NCBI GenBank assembly: GCA_964014485.1
Contig: CAXHAT010000071.1
Span: 1-36,179 of the forward strand
Source of the DNA: an uncultured Deferribacteres bacterium
GTDB taxonomy: Bacteria > Zhuqueibacterota > Zhuqueibacteria > Zhuqueibacterales > Geothermadaptataceae
Direction of reading: 5' to 3'
DNA: 36,179 bases
The position numbers and the translations under genes are program-made. The notes below the pieces were generated by a model, which worked only from the letters and a program-made list of their open reading frames with translations, did not search any database and was not told the origin of the DNA. The first letter of the stretch is position 1. Each line of letters begins with the position of its first letter. Positions 35,912 through 36,179 of this stretch are shown one piece after another.

Positions 35912-36128
35912 GTCATTCCCGCGAAGCAGGCTGTTGCAGAATAGATTTTCCATAAGATCACGCCTAATAAAATTCGCGACAAAGCTACAGCGAGCTTCCA
36001 ACGTGCAGCTATATAGCTCATTCGCTTCACAAATTAAGGCCGCGATTGAGAAATTTTCCATTCTGCAACAGCCTGGAAGGCGGGAATTGAGATGGCTTTG
36101 CACGATTGACTGGATTCCCGCCTTCGCG
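35912..36128. repeat. GTCATTCCCGCGAAGGCGGGAAT-type REP-like palindrome, interrupted
   Basis: Left arm is split by the MITE. Right arm GGATTCCCGCCTTCGCG lies at 36112-36128. Confidence 0.75.
35927..36075. mobile_element. 149 bp MITE with 16 bp perfect TIR and GAAG target duplication
   Basis: CAGGCTGTTGCAGAAT ... ATTCTGCAACAGCCTG, with GAAG at 35923-35926 and 36076-36079. Confidence 0.85.
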
Positions 36129-36179
36129 CACGCGCGATAAAAAGGTTGTGGATAACTTGCACCTTGTCCCGGAGGGACA

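Overview
A roughly 36 kb bacterial chromosomal segment of moderate GC with a mixed gene content; the taxon cannot be determined from the sequence. Left end: an AhpD/peroxidase-like gene split in the ORF track by an in-frame TGA at the second Cys of its CxxC motif and followed by a SECIS-like hairpin (probable selenoprotein), a frameshifted PIN toxin-antitoxin pair, speD, and a TPR-AAA+ ATPase/TPR membrane protein pair. The centre (about 5.3-19.9 kb) is a Wzx/Wzy-type polysaccharide locus. It has two sigma-54 promoters, each preceded by a pair of TGT-N11-ACA-like enhancer boxes, and an internal intergenic block of structured repeats that includes a terminator-like hairpin with a kink-turn. The right part holds creatininase, a Tat-exported dipeptidase, FMO plus BASS transporter, PadR plus an orphan ABC permease, a PQQ-like propeller with an inserted Cys-rich metal-binding motif, a second TA pair, a methyltransferase, a TPR protein, map, a serine hydrolase and DinB. 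Intergenic spaces carry several MITE- and REP-like palindromes, one a 149 bp MITE inserted with a 4 bp duplication into a REP-like palindrome. No rRNA, tRNA, CRISPR array or transposase was seen. Family assignments come from motif recognition only; no database search was run.
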